A DNA stretch of 51,176 bases, counting the filler, from Dirinaria sp. TL-2023a (Eukaryota): NCBI GenBank assembly GCA_051941275.1. It is 3 parts of 3 records of this genome, joined end to end, with 100 filler letters (N's around TTAATTAATTAA, not from the genome) between each part and the next. Parts side by side here need not be neighbours in the genome. Positions count along the whole stretch, not along the records: positions 17,102 to 34,100 come from JAVEBF010000460.1; positions 34,201 to 51,176 come from JAVEBF010000461.1; 1 more part is not named here. One strand, 5' to 3'. The first letter of the stretch is position 1. The number at the start of each line of letters is the position of its first letter. Of this stretch, positions 24,271 to 36,302 are shown in pieces. Below the pieces are notes generated by a model. The model saw only the letters and a program-made list of their open reading frames with translations. It had not been told where the DNA came from and did no database searches. The translations under genes and the position numbers were made by a program.

Positions 24271-25384
24271 TGGCAAGATTTGAGGGGGACCAGTCTGGGT
24301 TGATGCCTTTAGAAGATCAGCACATTTGAATTATACACGGACAGTGTTCATTGCCCGTTCCGCGACCGACCGCTCAATCATAGATTAAAGCCGTTCTCGT
24401 ATTTGACATAAGGGAGTGTTGCATTATATTATCAAGCGCTCTGAAAAGGCTGTATGGTAGGCTGATCTCACTTTCGTGGTGTAAAATTTTGGCCCTTTTT
24501 GATTCTTTCCGTTGGAAGAAATCACTGAGATCCGGGTAACGATGAAAAGCAAGGCTACCAGTGATCTTCTGAAATTGGATCGCGGAAAAGCGGTGTAATC
24601 TCACAATGGACGGCTGGCTTGATCCAGACTGATGATCAGAGATTAGCCACCCACAGTCCAGCCTAACAGGCTTGTAATTTTAAGGCTGGCTAGCGGCTAC
24701 TAAATGAATTTCAGCCTTGAATCTGGGGCCGTTCGCTGCTGTGCCACCGGGACACTGCCATCTCTTCCGGCGATTTCTCATGTCAGTCGTGATCAAGGAG
24801 AATAAGACAAACACCGGTTGCCGCCGGGATCGAAAATTTATAATCTTTTCTCTCAAGGCCAAGAATCTCACTGCAGCTCTTTCGCACCTAGTGGGTTCGG
24901 GCAGCACGAGCTCCTCAGATATTGTGGCGATGCAGATTTTCGGATATTCTTCAGCTCATAGCTCCTTGTGTATCATTGAACTCGCTACAAAATCCCTTTG
25001 TATTCTGAGCAGCAGTGATCTTTTGCGAGCGGTTTGCGGGTGGCAAATTGACGAAGAACATTGGATCCGGTCGTCATAAAAATTTTCATGAGCCGGCGCC
25101 GATTACACACGTGTGAGCCGTAAACATAAGGGACAGTAATTGAAAAAAGAGCCCGCAGATCTATGGAGCCTATAGCCCTGCAAGGAATGCAGAAGACGGA
25201 GGGCCCCAGTCAGAGGACTAGAATACTCCGTATACCTGACAGGAGCCGACAACCTGAGACTTCCTGTCCTGTATTAATCTCCACATACTCCCCTTCGCCT
25301 ATATCTTTTCTGATTCATCGTATGCCAGCGCTCCCAAGGGCCACCCCAATAAGCCCTCGAGAACGGCACAACGAGAAAAGTGTA

Positions 25385-25846
25385 TCATGAAATTTTCTCC
25401 TTTCCCTCCTCTCCCACACCTACGCCCGCACAGAACAACGCTCGCGCACTCATCGGTCCATACGTCATTGCGAACGTAAGCCATTCTTCCTTCCTCCAAG
25501 CCGAAGGATCAAAGAAGACCTGTAGTCCCAGCGCTGCGTAGTCGCTATAGAGATGGAGAGCATCGCATAGCAGTATACCGAAGAGCACGATCTTCCAGAG
25601 TTGAACAGACGCCGTCGCGCGCAAAAGCACGGCCTGGATCCAAGCGAAAAGGACTAGGTGACCGGCTAACTGGACGTGGACGGGGTAATTCGACGCTGAA
25701 TAAGTGGCATGGGGAGCCAATGATGTTAGGTAACTGGCCGGAGTGATTACATTCAGGACAGCACCACCGAAGGCTGCGAAGGGTTCGAAATAGAGGAAGA
25801 GGAAGCGGTAGAATGGGTGGATATGGGTATGGGAGACTGAAGCCAT
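25385..25846 (-). CDS. Small 4-TM fungal membrane protein (DUF7704-like), intronless
   Basis: 153-aa ORF IHPFYRFLFLYFEPFAAFGGA...QLAGHLVLFAWIQAVLLRAT...LWKIVLFGILLCDALHLY...FFDPSAWRKEEW; four hydrophobic segments. Confidence 0.8.
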   Translation of the reverse strand: MASVSHTHIHPFYRFLFLYFEPFAAFGGAVLNVITPASYLTSLAPHATYSASNYPVHVQLAGHLVLFAWIQAVLLRATASVQLWKIVLFGILLCDALHLYSDYAALGLQVFFDPSAWRKEEWLTFAMTYGPMSARALFCAGVGVGEEGKEKIS

Positions 25847-26807
25847 CACGGTCGTGGTGACGTACCGAAGATGTGAGGTTTCTGGACCATATGCGGTGCT
25901 CTCTCTCTTGTTCCTAGACTGCTATCGCTGCTGAGTCCTGCTCGTCTGTGGGAGATCTGGGATGTGCTATGATTGCTAACAGGAGAGCGTGCAAATTATC
26001 AAGGCTTATGTCAGCTGAGTTGACTTCCAACAGTGAGGTGAGAAAATGATTTCTGCAAACCTACTCTAACCCTGACATAAACTCTGCTCTGAGGAGCATT
26101 CAGCGTTATCATGAGAATAACAGATACTGCCGATTCGGAAGACACACAGCCCACGAGTGCTACTCGTTTGTACAACAATGAAAATCTGGAGGCACTTCCT
26201 CTCTGACCGATTGGTATCTACTTTAAGTAGCCACTTCCACAACTTCGAAAATTAGCAATTTTCACCACTCAGCCGTGAAGTGGAATAACTGCATTGAGTC
26301 CTTCACTTCCAGCCTGTCATCTTCCAGGAAACAAATCATGCATAGAGTATCCTGTGCAAATTGCAGACGGCCTAACGAAGATGAAGACATAATAGAGTCT
26401 GTCAAAACCTCCTTCGACATGTATCGGTATAGAGTCGTCATGTCATGAAGAAGAATATGATGTAAAAAAGTAGTCGCAGAAAGATCAACCAGTCCTTTCC
26501 TTGATCTCGGGTCCTAAGATCTGACGATGTTTCTTTTGCGCGAGGAGCATGGTGTTGACAGGATGGGTAGGTGGGGGATGTAAACTATCTAAGGGGATTT
26601 CAGGAGGCGATGAGAGGACAACGAAGATGGATGGAATCAGAATGTTAAAATTGGGAAACGAGAAACTCTATGAAATCCATACAAACCCTCTCTTTTCTTT
26701 TTTTTTTCAAATCCAAATCACTCATCTATTATTACCCAACCGTTCTCTCTATCTCATACGATTGAATCTAGACGATAACAGTAAAGCGGCTCAACAGGCT
26801 AGTCCAC

Positions 26808-28481
26808 TTATTTTTCACCCGATTCGGGCAGGGTTTCCTTTTGTTTCGCCCTGTCCAATGCCTCTTTCTTTTCTTGCCTCCACTTTGCACCATAGATTAA
26901 AACTAACCACAGGCAAGGGCTGAAGCACAGCCAAACTCCAGCGATGAAAACAGACGTCCAACCAATCCCGATTCTATCAATAAGCGGCACTGCAATAGCC
27001 GTCGCACCAGCGCTAACAAGACACCGAAATAGGTTGTTCGCAGCCATTGCAGTAGCAGGACTCTCCTGGTGCGTATCTACGACGAGCGTGTTCAATCCTG
27101 ACAAGCCACCCGAATTGAACAGGCCCAGGAAGAATAAGGTTGCTTCAATCCCCGCCAGCGAGGAATTCGTTTGCATAGTCCAACCATAGGCAAGGACGCA
27201 AAGTGACGTAGTGTATATCATCGGAATACTTATCTGCAGGCGCGCCGCCTCGATGGGCAGCTTTTCTATGTCCTGCTGCCTGTCCTTAGAGATCTCGACG
27301 CCGAGACGCGTGGCATGCCGGCGGAAGTTCCAGTCCAGCAGCCACCCCGCCGTCGAGCGGCTGCAGAGGGAGCCCACAAAGATGGGCAGGTAGCAGAGTC
27401 CCGTCTGCACGGGACTGAAGCTGAACCGCTCCTCAAGCTGGGTCGGCAGCGTCGTCAGCACCATGAAGTACCCGCCGAACATGAGAGACCCAAAGCCGAG
27501 CGTCACGCCGCCTTCCTTCTCGCTGAGGATCTTGAGAGCGGCAAATGGATTAAGTCGCTTGCGTTTCGCTTTGATTGTCGTTATATCAGCTGCTGACTCA
27601 GGCGCCGGATTGCGTCTACGCTCGATGCGCTGGAACGGGGTCATGAAGAGGCATGGGGGAAGTTTGCTGCCGTTTCCGACTACCCTGCGGGCCGTCTCCG
27701 GTACAAAGATGAAATAAACAGAGAACAATACCGCAGAGAAGATGCTAAGGAACCAGAAGATGGTGCTCCACCCCAGGTACTCAGTTAGTAGTCCACCAAT
27801 TATGGGGCCCAGAGCAGGACCTAGTGTCACGCCCAAAGATGCGTACGAGATGAACTTGCCTCTCTCAGCTCTTGTGACCATGTCAGCGACTGAGCCGCCG
27901 CCAAGGGCGACGGTGGCTGAAGACCCGGTGGACTGCAGACACCGCAGGACCATAAGAGCAGCGTAATTGTTTTGCAAAGCTAACCCAACATTGGCGGCGA
28001 AGTAGATGACGATGCAGATGGCGTAAGCAGGCTTTCGACCGTAAATGTCTGAATAATTTGCAATGAACGACGGGGCAATACCCTGGAAGATCTGAACCCC
28101 TGAATGTCAGAGATCAATCTATGGCATATGGCGTTGGCGACTTGCCTGATAGGTAGTGATGGATAGTTGTATCAATGTCACGCTGACATTCAAGTCGGTA
28201 GCTAAGGACGTGAGTGCTGGGTAGTAAATAGTTCCGGAGAGCGGTGAGATCATAGCTACAAACGATACTATTATCACAGTTATTCGCTTTTGCCGTGCAG
28301 TGAAGACTGAATAGAGCGGCGGATCAAATGGCACAGAAGCCCCTATGACTGGGACGGGCTCGTTTTTAGCAGCTTCTTCGGAGATACCATTACCACCATT
28401 ATTGGCTCCATCTTCAAGGACTTGAGGACCCTCGAGTTCCCGAGACTTGGCTTGTCCGATCTGCGGACCCGCGGTAGCCAT
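26808..28481 (-). CDS. MFS drug:H+ antiporter (DHA1/QDR-like), 2 exons, GC-AG intron
   Basis: YSVFTARQK...ISPLSGTIYYPAL...SITTYQ|IFQGIAPSFIANYSDIYGRKPAY (MFS motif A), LRCLQSTGSS, ADMVTRAERG, GPALGPIIGGLL (antiporter motif C); intron 28092-28145. Confidence 0.95.
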
Positions 28482-29074
28482 GATGATCAACTTGTCCCTG
28501 TCGTTTGCGCGTCTTGGTGCCGCCCAAAGTCGCTATCTGGCCTGATTACGAGGCACTTTTCTCCTGCTTCCATATCTCAGCTTATGGAGGTTTTACTAGC
28601 TTTGTATCGGTGTCACAATGTCAACAAGGGGCTCTGAATTTTTCGATTACCTATCGTAGCTAGGTAGTAGAGAGCTCGGAGATATACTCTGAGTGGCCTA
28701 TTCTCTGTGCACCGGAGATCGGTGCTGGGAAGAGGAGGCAAATGTAGCAGTAGTGATACCTGGCATATGATACTGTTTCGTTGACCGCTGTGGGCTAGCG
28801 CCGCCAAGCCGCCGGAACGTCGACCTCGGACGAGAGAGCGGACTTCGCTGTTCGCTGCTGGCTTGCTGAGCTCGGGGTTTTTGGTGAGCTGATCCATTTG
28901 GTTGAAATTGTTGGCATTCTCTGCCCTTCTTATCGAGTTTCAGGTTTCATAATGACATCCAGCTTCAGGCGACCAAAGCTTCAAGCCGAATAAGCGGCGG
29001 AGATAAGATTCGGGGATTGGAATTAAAGTGTTTGGTGGGCCTCCTCGCCTTCTTACTGTACCTTACCTAAGTTC

Positions 29075-29115
29075 ATGTACATTGTATGTATGTACATTGT
29101 ATGTATGTACATTGT
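29075..29115. repeat. 15-bp tandem repeat (ATGTACATTGTATGT x2.7) in MFS/P450 divergent promoter
   Basis: atgtacattgtatgt atgtacattgtatgt atgtacattgt; each unit begins with the palindrome ATGTACAT. Confidence 0.85.
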
Positions 29116-29604
29116 TCACAGTACATGCCTAGCGCAGGGGTCATGGTGGGGGCATCATGGCAGGGCAAGGAGGTGACAAGGGATTCTAATGAGTAAGTAC
29201 CTTCGATCTGTTGGCAATGCGAAATGGGCACAATTTATTGGCTACATCTCATCGATAATAATAAACTCAGATGGAGGGAAATCTAGATCGTACGTGATAC
29301 CGACGTCTATACCAAAAGCTAAGATGTATGTCCAGATATTCAGACTTTCGGAGACCTTATCTTCCGGTACATGCAACGTCAAGGTTTCTTGGTTGTCTCT
29401 GATGCATTTCGGGTTGCATTTTCTAGCTCCAACAGCTGCCGGCTTGACGACCTTCCGTACTCATCGCACTTGAGATCCATGGGACACATGGTGAACATGC
29501 ATGGTATTAAAAATGTCATGCCCCCATCGTAGGACTGGCACCGCGCATCGAGACTTGTGTTCCACTTCTGAACGTCTCTGCCAAGGTATTTGCTTAGCTC
29601 AACC

Positions 29605-31230
29605 ATGAGTATTATTGCTGAACTCCTCATCTCGATTACCTGGGTCGTAAGTTGAATTTTAGAAGTTTTGGCTTCCTCTTGGAAGAAGCCGAGGCCGATG
29701 TAACTAAGCTCTTTTCTTCAGATTGCGACATATCATATTTTCAATATCATCTATAATCTCTATTTCCACCCGCTATGCCGCTTCCCAGGTCCTAGACTCT
29801 GGCAATGTAATTACTTCTTTAGGTCTAAGGCCGCTTTTCAAGGGACGCTCGAAGGATCCATCAAGGAGTTCCATGAGCGCTACGGTCCCGTCGTGCGCTA
29901 CTCGCCGCGAGAGCTTTCTTTCAGTTCGTCCGCGGCATGGAAAGATATTTATGGATTTCACGAGCACGCGCTCCCGAAGGACCCGGTTACCTACGGACTG
30001 GTCCAGATCTCACGCGACGGCAGCCACAGTATATTCACGGCCGACGGAGAACAGCACCCACGTGTGCGGAAATTACTCTCCTACGCATTCTCCGAGAGGG
30101 CGCTCCGCGATCAAGAGCCGTTCGTCAAGCAGTACGTGGACTTGCTAATCCAGCGGCTGCATGAGCGGGCTGCCTCCCCCGATCCGAAGGTGGATCTGGT
30201 AGAATGGTATAATTTCACGACATTTGACATCGTCGGCGACCTCGCCATCGCTCAATCCTTCGGCTGTCTCCGGTATGGTAAGTATCATGAGTGGGTCCAC
30301 GCATTCTGGAAAATGATCAAACTTGGCACGTTCGTGCGCACCATGGCCCTATTGACGCACTCCGCATTTCCACAGCTTCTGCGCGCTCTTGCACCGAGAG
30401 CCCTCAAGGAGGCACGCCGGCGGAACATGGGTTTCGTGGGGAGCAAGACGGAGCAGAGGCTTTCCGAGGGTATCCGGGGTGAGAGGCGCGACTTCATCTC
30501 GTACGTGCTGAAGAGCAACCTGGAGCAGGCGCAGAAGAAGAATGGAATTACGTTGAGCAATAGCGAGATCGAGGCCAATATCAATTTTCTCTTGATGGCC
30601 GGGACTGAGACCACGGCGACGGCCCTCTCAGGCACCACATACTATCTACTGACGAATCATGAGGCCCTACGCCGCGCAACCGAGGAAGTGCGCAATGCTT
30701 TCAAGTGCGAAGAGGACCTTACATTTGTGACAGCAGCCGAGCGGCTCCCTTATGTGCAAGCTTGTCTAGAAGAAGGCCTACGCCTTTATCCTCCAGGCCC
30801 AGTTGGAGGCCCACGCAGAACCCCAAAGGGCACCAAAACCGTGATTGCAGGTCACGTTGTCCCTGGCGATGTAACGGTGGGCGTGCATGGCTGGGCAGCG
30901 TCGCATAGCCCTGAAAATTTTCATCAGGCATCCAAGTTTATCCCCGAACGGTGGCTGCTGCCACCAGAGGACTCTTCATCATCATCCCCTTTTGGTGCCG
31001 ACCGCCACGCGGCATCCCAGCCTTTCAGTCTCGGCCCGCGCAGCTGTCTCGGCAAGCCATTTGCGTGGAATGAAATGCGCGTGATGTTGGCCAGGGTCCT
31101 GTGGAGCTTTGATCTGGAGTTGTCACCCGAAAGTGACGGCTGGGAGAAGCAGAAGGTGTACACTTTGTGGGACAAAGGGCCGTTGATAGTGAAACTGAGA
31201 GCCAGTCAGCCCAAGTGGGCAGAGAAATAA
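29605..31230 (+). CDS. Cytochrome P450 monooxygenase (CYP65/CYP60-like, secondary-metabolism type), 2 exons
   Basis: Intron 29647-29721; YNLYFHPLCRFPGP, HERYGPVVRYSPRELSF, I-helix AGTETTAT, ExxR EGLRLYPP, PERW, heme motif PFSLGPRSCLG. Confidence 0.96.
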
Positions 31231-31559
31231 GCCGTGGATATAATCGCAGTGACTAATAGTGTGCATGTAGGTAGACCGAAGAATCTTGTTCACTCACTCC
31301 AATGAGTTGGGCATTCATTGGCAAGGCAAACTAAAAACTTCAGTCAGTGCCTCCTGTACATACAGACATGGAGCGTTCCTTCTCAATGTCAAATGCCGCA
31401 GGATCGGTAGGAGTAGGGCCGGCGCGCAGTCGTCATGTTGCCATCCCAAACGAAGTTCTAATATCAGACCTGCAGCGAGTAGATGAAGGAAAAGGGGCGT
31501 CAGAATCCCATTTCATCATCGAAAACCGTTAGGCAGTTTTTGCTCACAATGAAGCTTTT

Positions 31560-32320
31560 CATCCTAGGCGTAGAACGCCGTTATATTTACGAGAATGATT
31601 GAAGGACTGCCACGGGCCACACCCAAAAATGTATGTACCAAAGGCCATAGCAATGGCTCTGTTCCTGAACCAGTGCTCGTGGCAATTTGTGGGTTGGTTA
31701 AGCGACTTCCAGGCGAAATACGGCATGATGAAGCTCTCGACGAGTTTTCAGTACTGCACAAAGCACTATTGGACGAAGCTATCTGCCATATTGGTCCTAT
31801 CAGAGGTGTTATTCGTTCCTCAACTTCTAAAATAGATGGAAGATAAAGATGCCAATAGGGCGACCCGAATGTATATGCTTACGAAGCAGCTATCAGGAAG
31901 GCTTACACTTTCGCTGGTTCTAATATTTCTCGGATATTATTTTGCTTGCTCCAGAGACGCTATACGGTGGAAATCTCGCTTGCCCCACTCTGGTCTAAGT
32001 TTGCCTGTGTTTGCTGGCATGGCAAACACATTTGTGATTGCCTCTTGGCATGGTGTATTATATTGCACTTGCACCTCCATAGTAATTTATCCCCAGTGCC
32101 ATCATGGTTTCCAACAATGTGGGTCTTCAAAGTGAAACAGGAGGATGCCTCTGAAAGGGTTTAGTTGATTAGTAACTCGCATGCAGGGAAATGCTAGGAC
32201 TCAAGCACCTGCTCTGATACTGCATACAATCGATGATGGCACAGATCCTGGCCCGGATAATGAGTGCATAGACGACTTAACGATTTGGCGCATTGAGTAT
32301 GGCATTGTTCCCTCGAAATA
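31560..32320 (+). pseudogene. Possible decayed gene of unknown family
   Basis: ORFs 31595-31846 and 31946-32164 share a frame and are joined through two close stops (GR*RCQ*GDPNVYAYEAAIRKAY); a further protein-like piece LHTIDDGTDPGPDNECIDDLTIWRIEYGIVPSK* follows. Confidence 0.3.
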
Positions 32321-32569
32321 GTGCCTGATCCCCATACCATTTTCCAGAGCAAGCTTCCATCCTACGACTCCTTCGAGAATAGTCCAGACATGATACATGA
32401 TAGGAGCCGTGAAGAATCTGCCCACATACCAGTCGTATAGACATTCACCCATCCTTCTTTGCTCCTTCTCATCATCGCCCCTTTCCCACCAGTGACGGCG
32501 ATTCGATTATAAGATTGTTGTACCGGGGGACGATAACTAAATTGGGATCGAAGAAGCTCAGTTTCCTTC

Positions 32570-33487
32570 ATGATGTCCGACTACCCGGTCCGTCCGCAGA
32601 CGCCTCAAGCGATGCTTCATCGCCTTCCCAATAAGCCGAACCTCCTATCCGAAGGGAACAGGAAACCATCAAAGTATATAATTCTCATCATAGCTTCAAC
32701 CACAGTAGCAGGCAAGGTGCAAATCGCCAAATCGGTCTCTAACGCCCTATCCTGCCCGCTTTTTCAAGGCGACAGCCTGCACGAGACTACCGCCAAAGCC
32801 GCTACCGTGGGAGTGCAGAGGCGCGCTACAGGGGCCGATGGTGATGAACAAGCTGCTGCGCCTAAAGAGAATGAAGCGCGGTATGAGCGCATGTGGCTCT
32901 CGAAGATGACGAGGACTGGGCTTCTGTTTCCGGAAGAGTCCCGACCAGCTACTGATGGCTTCACTGGCTTCGGCGGGACATTGTCCACCTCGACGAGCCG
33001 GCGAGGTTCCAGCAGTTCTGTCGCATCAGCGTCATCATCTTCAGATGCTGGGGTCTCGAATTCGAGCATCGTGAGCAGCATCGCGTCCTCCGGTACGCCC
33101 GCCACAAAGTACATCAACAAGCCTCCTGTGTCTGCTCTATCCGAGGATGAGAAGTTGCGCAAGGCGAATCCTGCCTTAATGCTTGTCACTCATCCGCGAC
33201 TGGAGAAGTGGCACAAGGATTCCATTCGGAAGGCTGTTGGTGAATACGGTATCGGCGTCATCTTTGTTCCGCTGCACGAGGATGAGGATGAGGAGCTGCC
33301 TATCTTGAAGCCTTTGGATCCGAGGACTATGACGAGTTTCGCGTCACTGGCTTCTTTCGGCACTGCACACAAGTCTGTTCCCGCAAATTCGAATGAAGAA
33401 ACTGTCTTAAGGGTCAATGTTGAGGCAAATGTCGAGGATCTCATTGAGGAGATTGTTGATGGTGTGCAGCAGATCATGACGGCGTAA
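32570..33487 (+). CDS. Hypothetical protein with degenerate gluconokinase/shikimate-kinase-like fold, intronless
   Basis: 305-aa ORF; IILIIASTTVAGKVQIAKSVSNALSCPLFQGDSLH parallels GntK GxxGSGKST...GDDLH; Ser-rich insertion; C-terminal LRVNVEANVEDLIEEIV parallels the kinase last strand/helix. Confidence 0.7.
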   Translation: MMSDYPVRPQTPQAMLHRLPNKPNLLSEGNRKPSKYIILIIASTTVAGKVQIAKSVSNALSCPLFQGDSLHETTAKAATVGVQRRATGADGDEQAAAPKENEARYERMWLSKMTRTGLLFPEESRPATDGFTGFGGTLSTSTSRRGSSSSVASASSSSDAGVSNSSIVSSIASSGTPATKYINKPPVSALSEDEKLRKANPALMLVTHPRLEKWHKDSIRKAVGEYGIGVIFVPLHEDEDEELPILKPLDPRTMTSFASLASFGTAHKSVPANSNEETVLRVNVEANVEDLIEEIVDGVQQIMTA

Positions 33488-33766
33488 ACAGGAGATGCGT
33501 CTTAGTTCTGACAGTTAAAATAAGATACTCGGACGATTGTGCGCAGCCCCTTTCACATATTTACCAGTCCATACCACGGCGGTATGCCAAGAGATCACGG
33601 ACAGTGACCAGGGCAGGCAGGCTCTCGAAGGGATGTACCCCAAGCCATCAATCACTCCTTGAAACGCGAGAAGGCTCCTTTCAATTAAGTCATATATCTC
33701 TATATCATCATTCGGAAACCCATTAACGCCTTCTTCGATATCGCATCTATCCCTTACCATTTCTCT

Positions 33767-33854
33767 ACCTTACCTTACCTTACCATCCTTTACATAATAT
33801 TCGTTCCTAGCTGCATTACTTTCCCTGCCTCTTTTTTTTTTTTTTTTTTTTTTT
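33767..33854. repeat. (ACCTT)n repeat and T23 homopolymer
   Basis: accttaccttaccttacc at 33767-33784; 23 T at 33832-33854. Confidence 0.85.
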
Positions 33855-34100
33855 AAATCATACTCGATCTGACACCCATTTAAGGGCCCATGCGAGACCT
33901 ATATATAATGCCAGACTGACTACCCACGTGATGGTTGCAGTACTGACCACCGCTCTAGAATACACCTTTTTAAACCGCCATATACTAGGAAGCTCCACCA
34001 TAGAATGCAATACTTTGTAAAGACCGTGTTGATTTGCCATCTCACGCTGGGAATCCTCCATATGTGGAATGCGATATTCGAACGAATATTGCAATCACGT

Positions 34101-34200
34101 NNNNNNNNNNNNNNNNNNNNNNNNNNNNNNNNNNNNNNNNNNNNTTAATTAATTAANNNNNNNNNNNNNNNNNNNNNNNNNNNNNNNNNNNNNNNNNNNN
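34101..34200. other. Assembly gap with artificial TTAATTAATTAA linker
   Basis: 100-nt N run with linker at 34145-34156. Confidence 0.97.
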
Positions 34201-34339
34201 CTCTTCTTCAGCACAGGTAAATAAAGGTCTTCCCACATCTCACACAGTATTCCGCAACTTTTACTACGGCGGTACGAGGAACCCTGCGATTTGCAAGAAA
34301 ATTCCCTCGCGCGGCCCCCACTCCCCCCGGCTTGCAATA

Positions 34340-34834
34340 ATGGGCGACTCCCAACTCTTTCTCGACACCTTCACCCTCACGGACATCAACGACGCCAAAT
34401 ACGACCGCGTCTCGCGTCTCACCGCACACAACGAAAACGGCGATACTGAGCTCACACTCGACGTCAACACTGAGCTGTACCCGTGTTCGATCAATGAGCG
34501 CGTGCAAGTCATGCTCGTCTCCACGCTGAGCTTGGATGGCACGAGAGATGATGGCAAGGGATGGAGGGAGGTGGGGATGGGGGAGCAGACGCTGGCAGAC
34601 TCGTGGGATTATGTTTGCCATGGCAAGGTCTACCGGTTCGAAGAGGGCGACGAGGAGAATATGTGGGTTTTATTTTTGCTGGGTTGAGGATGCCGCGTGA
34701 CGACCGGTTGGCTGATTTGCAAGTGTAGAAAGGTTTTCATCTCCTTTGGAGGCTTGCTGTTGTTCATGCAAGGACCGTACAAGAAGCTTACGCCGTTACG
34801 AATTGACCACATATACTTGCTGCTGAAGAAGTAG
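34340..34834 (+). CDS. rpb8: RNA polymerases I/II/III shared subunit RPABC3
   Basis: KYDRVSRL...LTLDVNTELYP...TLADSWDYVCHGKVYRFEE; intron 34663-34728; second exon KVFISFGGLLLFMQGPYKKLTPLRIDHIYLLLKK*. Confidence 0.97.
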
Positions 34835-35299
34835 TCTTGGGCGCAAGCGCAGATCTAGTCCTTAAGTGCGGACGTGCGACTTGGTACGATCATTTAGCGG
34901 CATTATGGACGGAGCTCAATCTTGATTCATGGAAATTTTTGAGGTTTCTACGAAGCTGGGAGGATCTGTACCGCTCGAGCAGGTGTGCCGTCCGTTGAAA
35001 TATAACTCCTAGGAGCTCGCTACCTAATCAGGACGATAACTTGGCACTACTTCGCGCAAATTTCGTTGGCATTTACCTTTGATCAATCCCCGCCGTCTAT
35101 CCAGACTCCGATTTTTCTTGATTTGCGCAAAGAAATGACGGAGATCGCCTGAGTCTATGCAACGAAACGCTTGTACGTCCAGAACGCAGAACATAGAGGT
35201 CAAGCTATTGGTCTCCTCGCCGGCTGGCTTTTGACGGAACTGCGATTTGCTTAGGGATATAAATGTCAATCATCATTCTTCCCGATCGCTTCCTATGCC

Positions 35300-36302
35300 T
35301 CAAGAAGTAGGGAATGGCAGCTTTCGATGCAGCCTAGAGACAATTTCGGCATAATCGGCTTCATTGTCTGGTGTTAGGATGCCATGCCGTATGAAGAAGT
35401 CCAACAGCACCAAGGCGCAATTGGGCTTAAATTGTCCCTCAGCTATGGCCTTCTGAACCTTGTCGACGCCCCAGAGTTGGAAGTCCTCGACCTCATCGTC
35501 ATTGGGCTTAGGTATAATATCTGCGCCGAGCTCCAGATCATAGACGAATTGACATTCAGGCTGCAATAGCCCTGTCTCTCCACCAGCCTTAGCGTCCCTG
35601 ATCAAGAAGTACGAGACGGTTCCGCAAGGTTTCGCGTGTTTCCGCACGACGCCTTCTGGAAGCGAAGCCTCCTCTTCAGCTTCCCTCACCAGACACTCGA
35701 ACGGCTTTTCCCCTTTGCTAATGCCACCTGCCACAGTATTGTCAAGCATGCCGCCGTAAGTGTGCTTGTTGGATGCCCGCCGTGGGACCCAAATCTTCAT
35801 ACGGTCACCATCGCCAACATAAGCTGTTAGATGCGCACCATAAGTAATGATGCCGAACAGCGCACTGCCAGCACGCTCCATGCTGACTTCGCCCGACATG
35901 CCAACAACAGAATGTAGCTCATTTCTCCACCTTCTCAGTACCTTGAACTTATCTCTTTCCTTCGCTCTCTCCAAGGTTTCTCTAATTAGCCTACTTTGCG
36001 ATTCCACGGAGTCATAGTCTGTGTGGGGAGAGACGAGCTTCTGGGTATGATCAACCAGCCAGCCTTCCCCCCAGGGCATCTCTTCAACCACCCAGTGCGG
36101 CATATAACCGACAATTGGAGATCCGTGCAAGTGGAATTTGTAACATGTTGAAAGCAGGTCTGAGTATTTTCCGGGATCGCTTTCGTAGTATGGGAGTCTG
36201 TCCCTCTCACAATCAGCGGCGGATACACGTTGGATTGTACGAGCTAGACCTGTCGCAGTCGTTCACGATATCGAGATTGCTCATAAGTTGACCCTTCGCC
36301 AT
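35300..36302 (-). CDS. Nudix hydrolase of the YJR142W / thiamine-pyrophosphokinase-associated type (2 exons)
   Basis: WRNEL...MERAGSALFGIITYGAHLTAYV, WVPRRASNKHTYGGMLDNTVAGG...ECLVREAEEEASL (Nudix box), QPECQFVYDLEL, FKPNCALVLLDF; intron 36198-36249. Confidence 0.92.
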
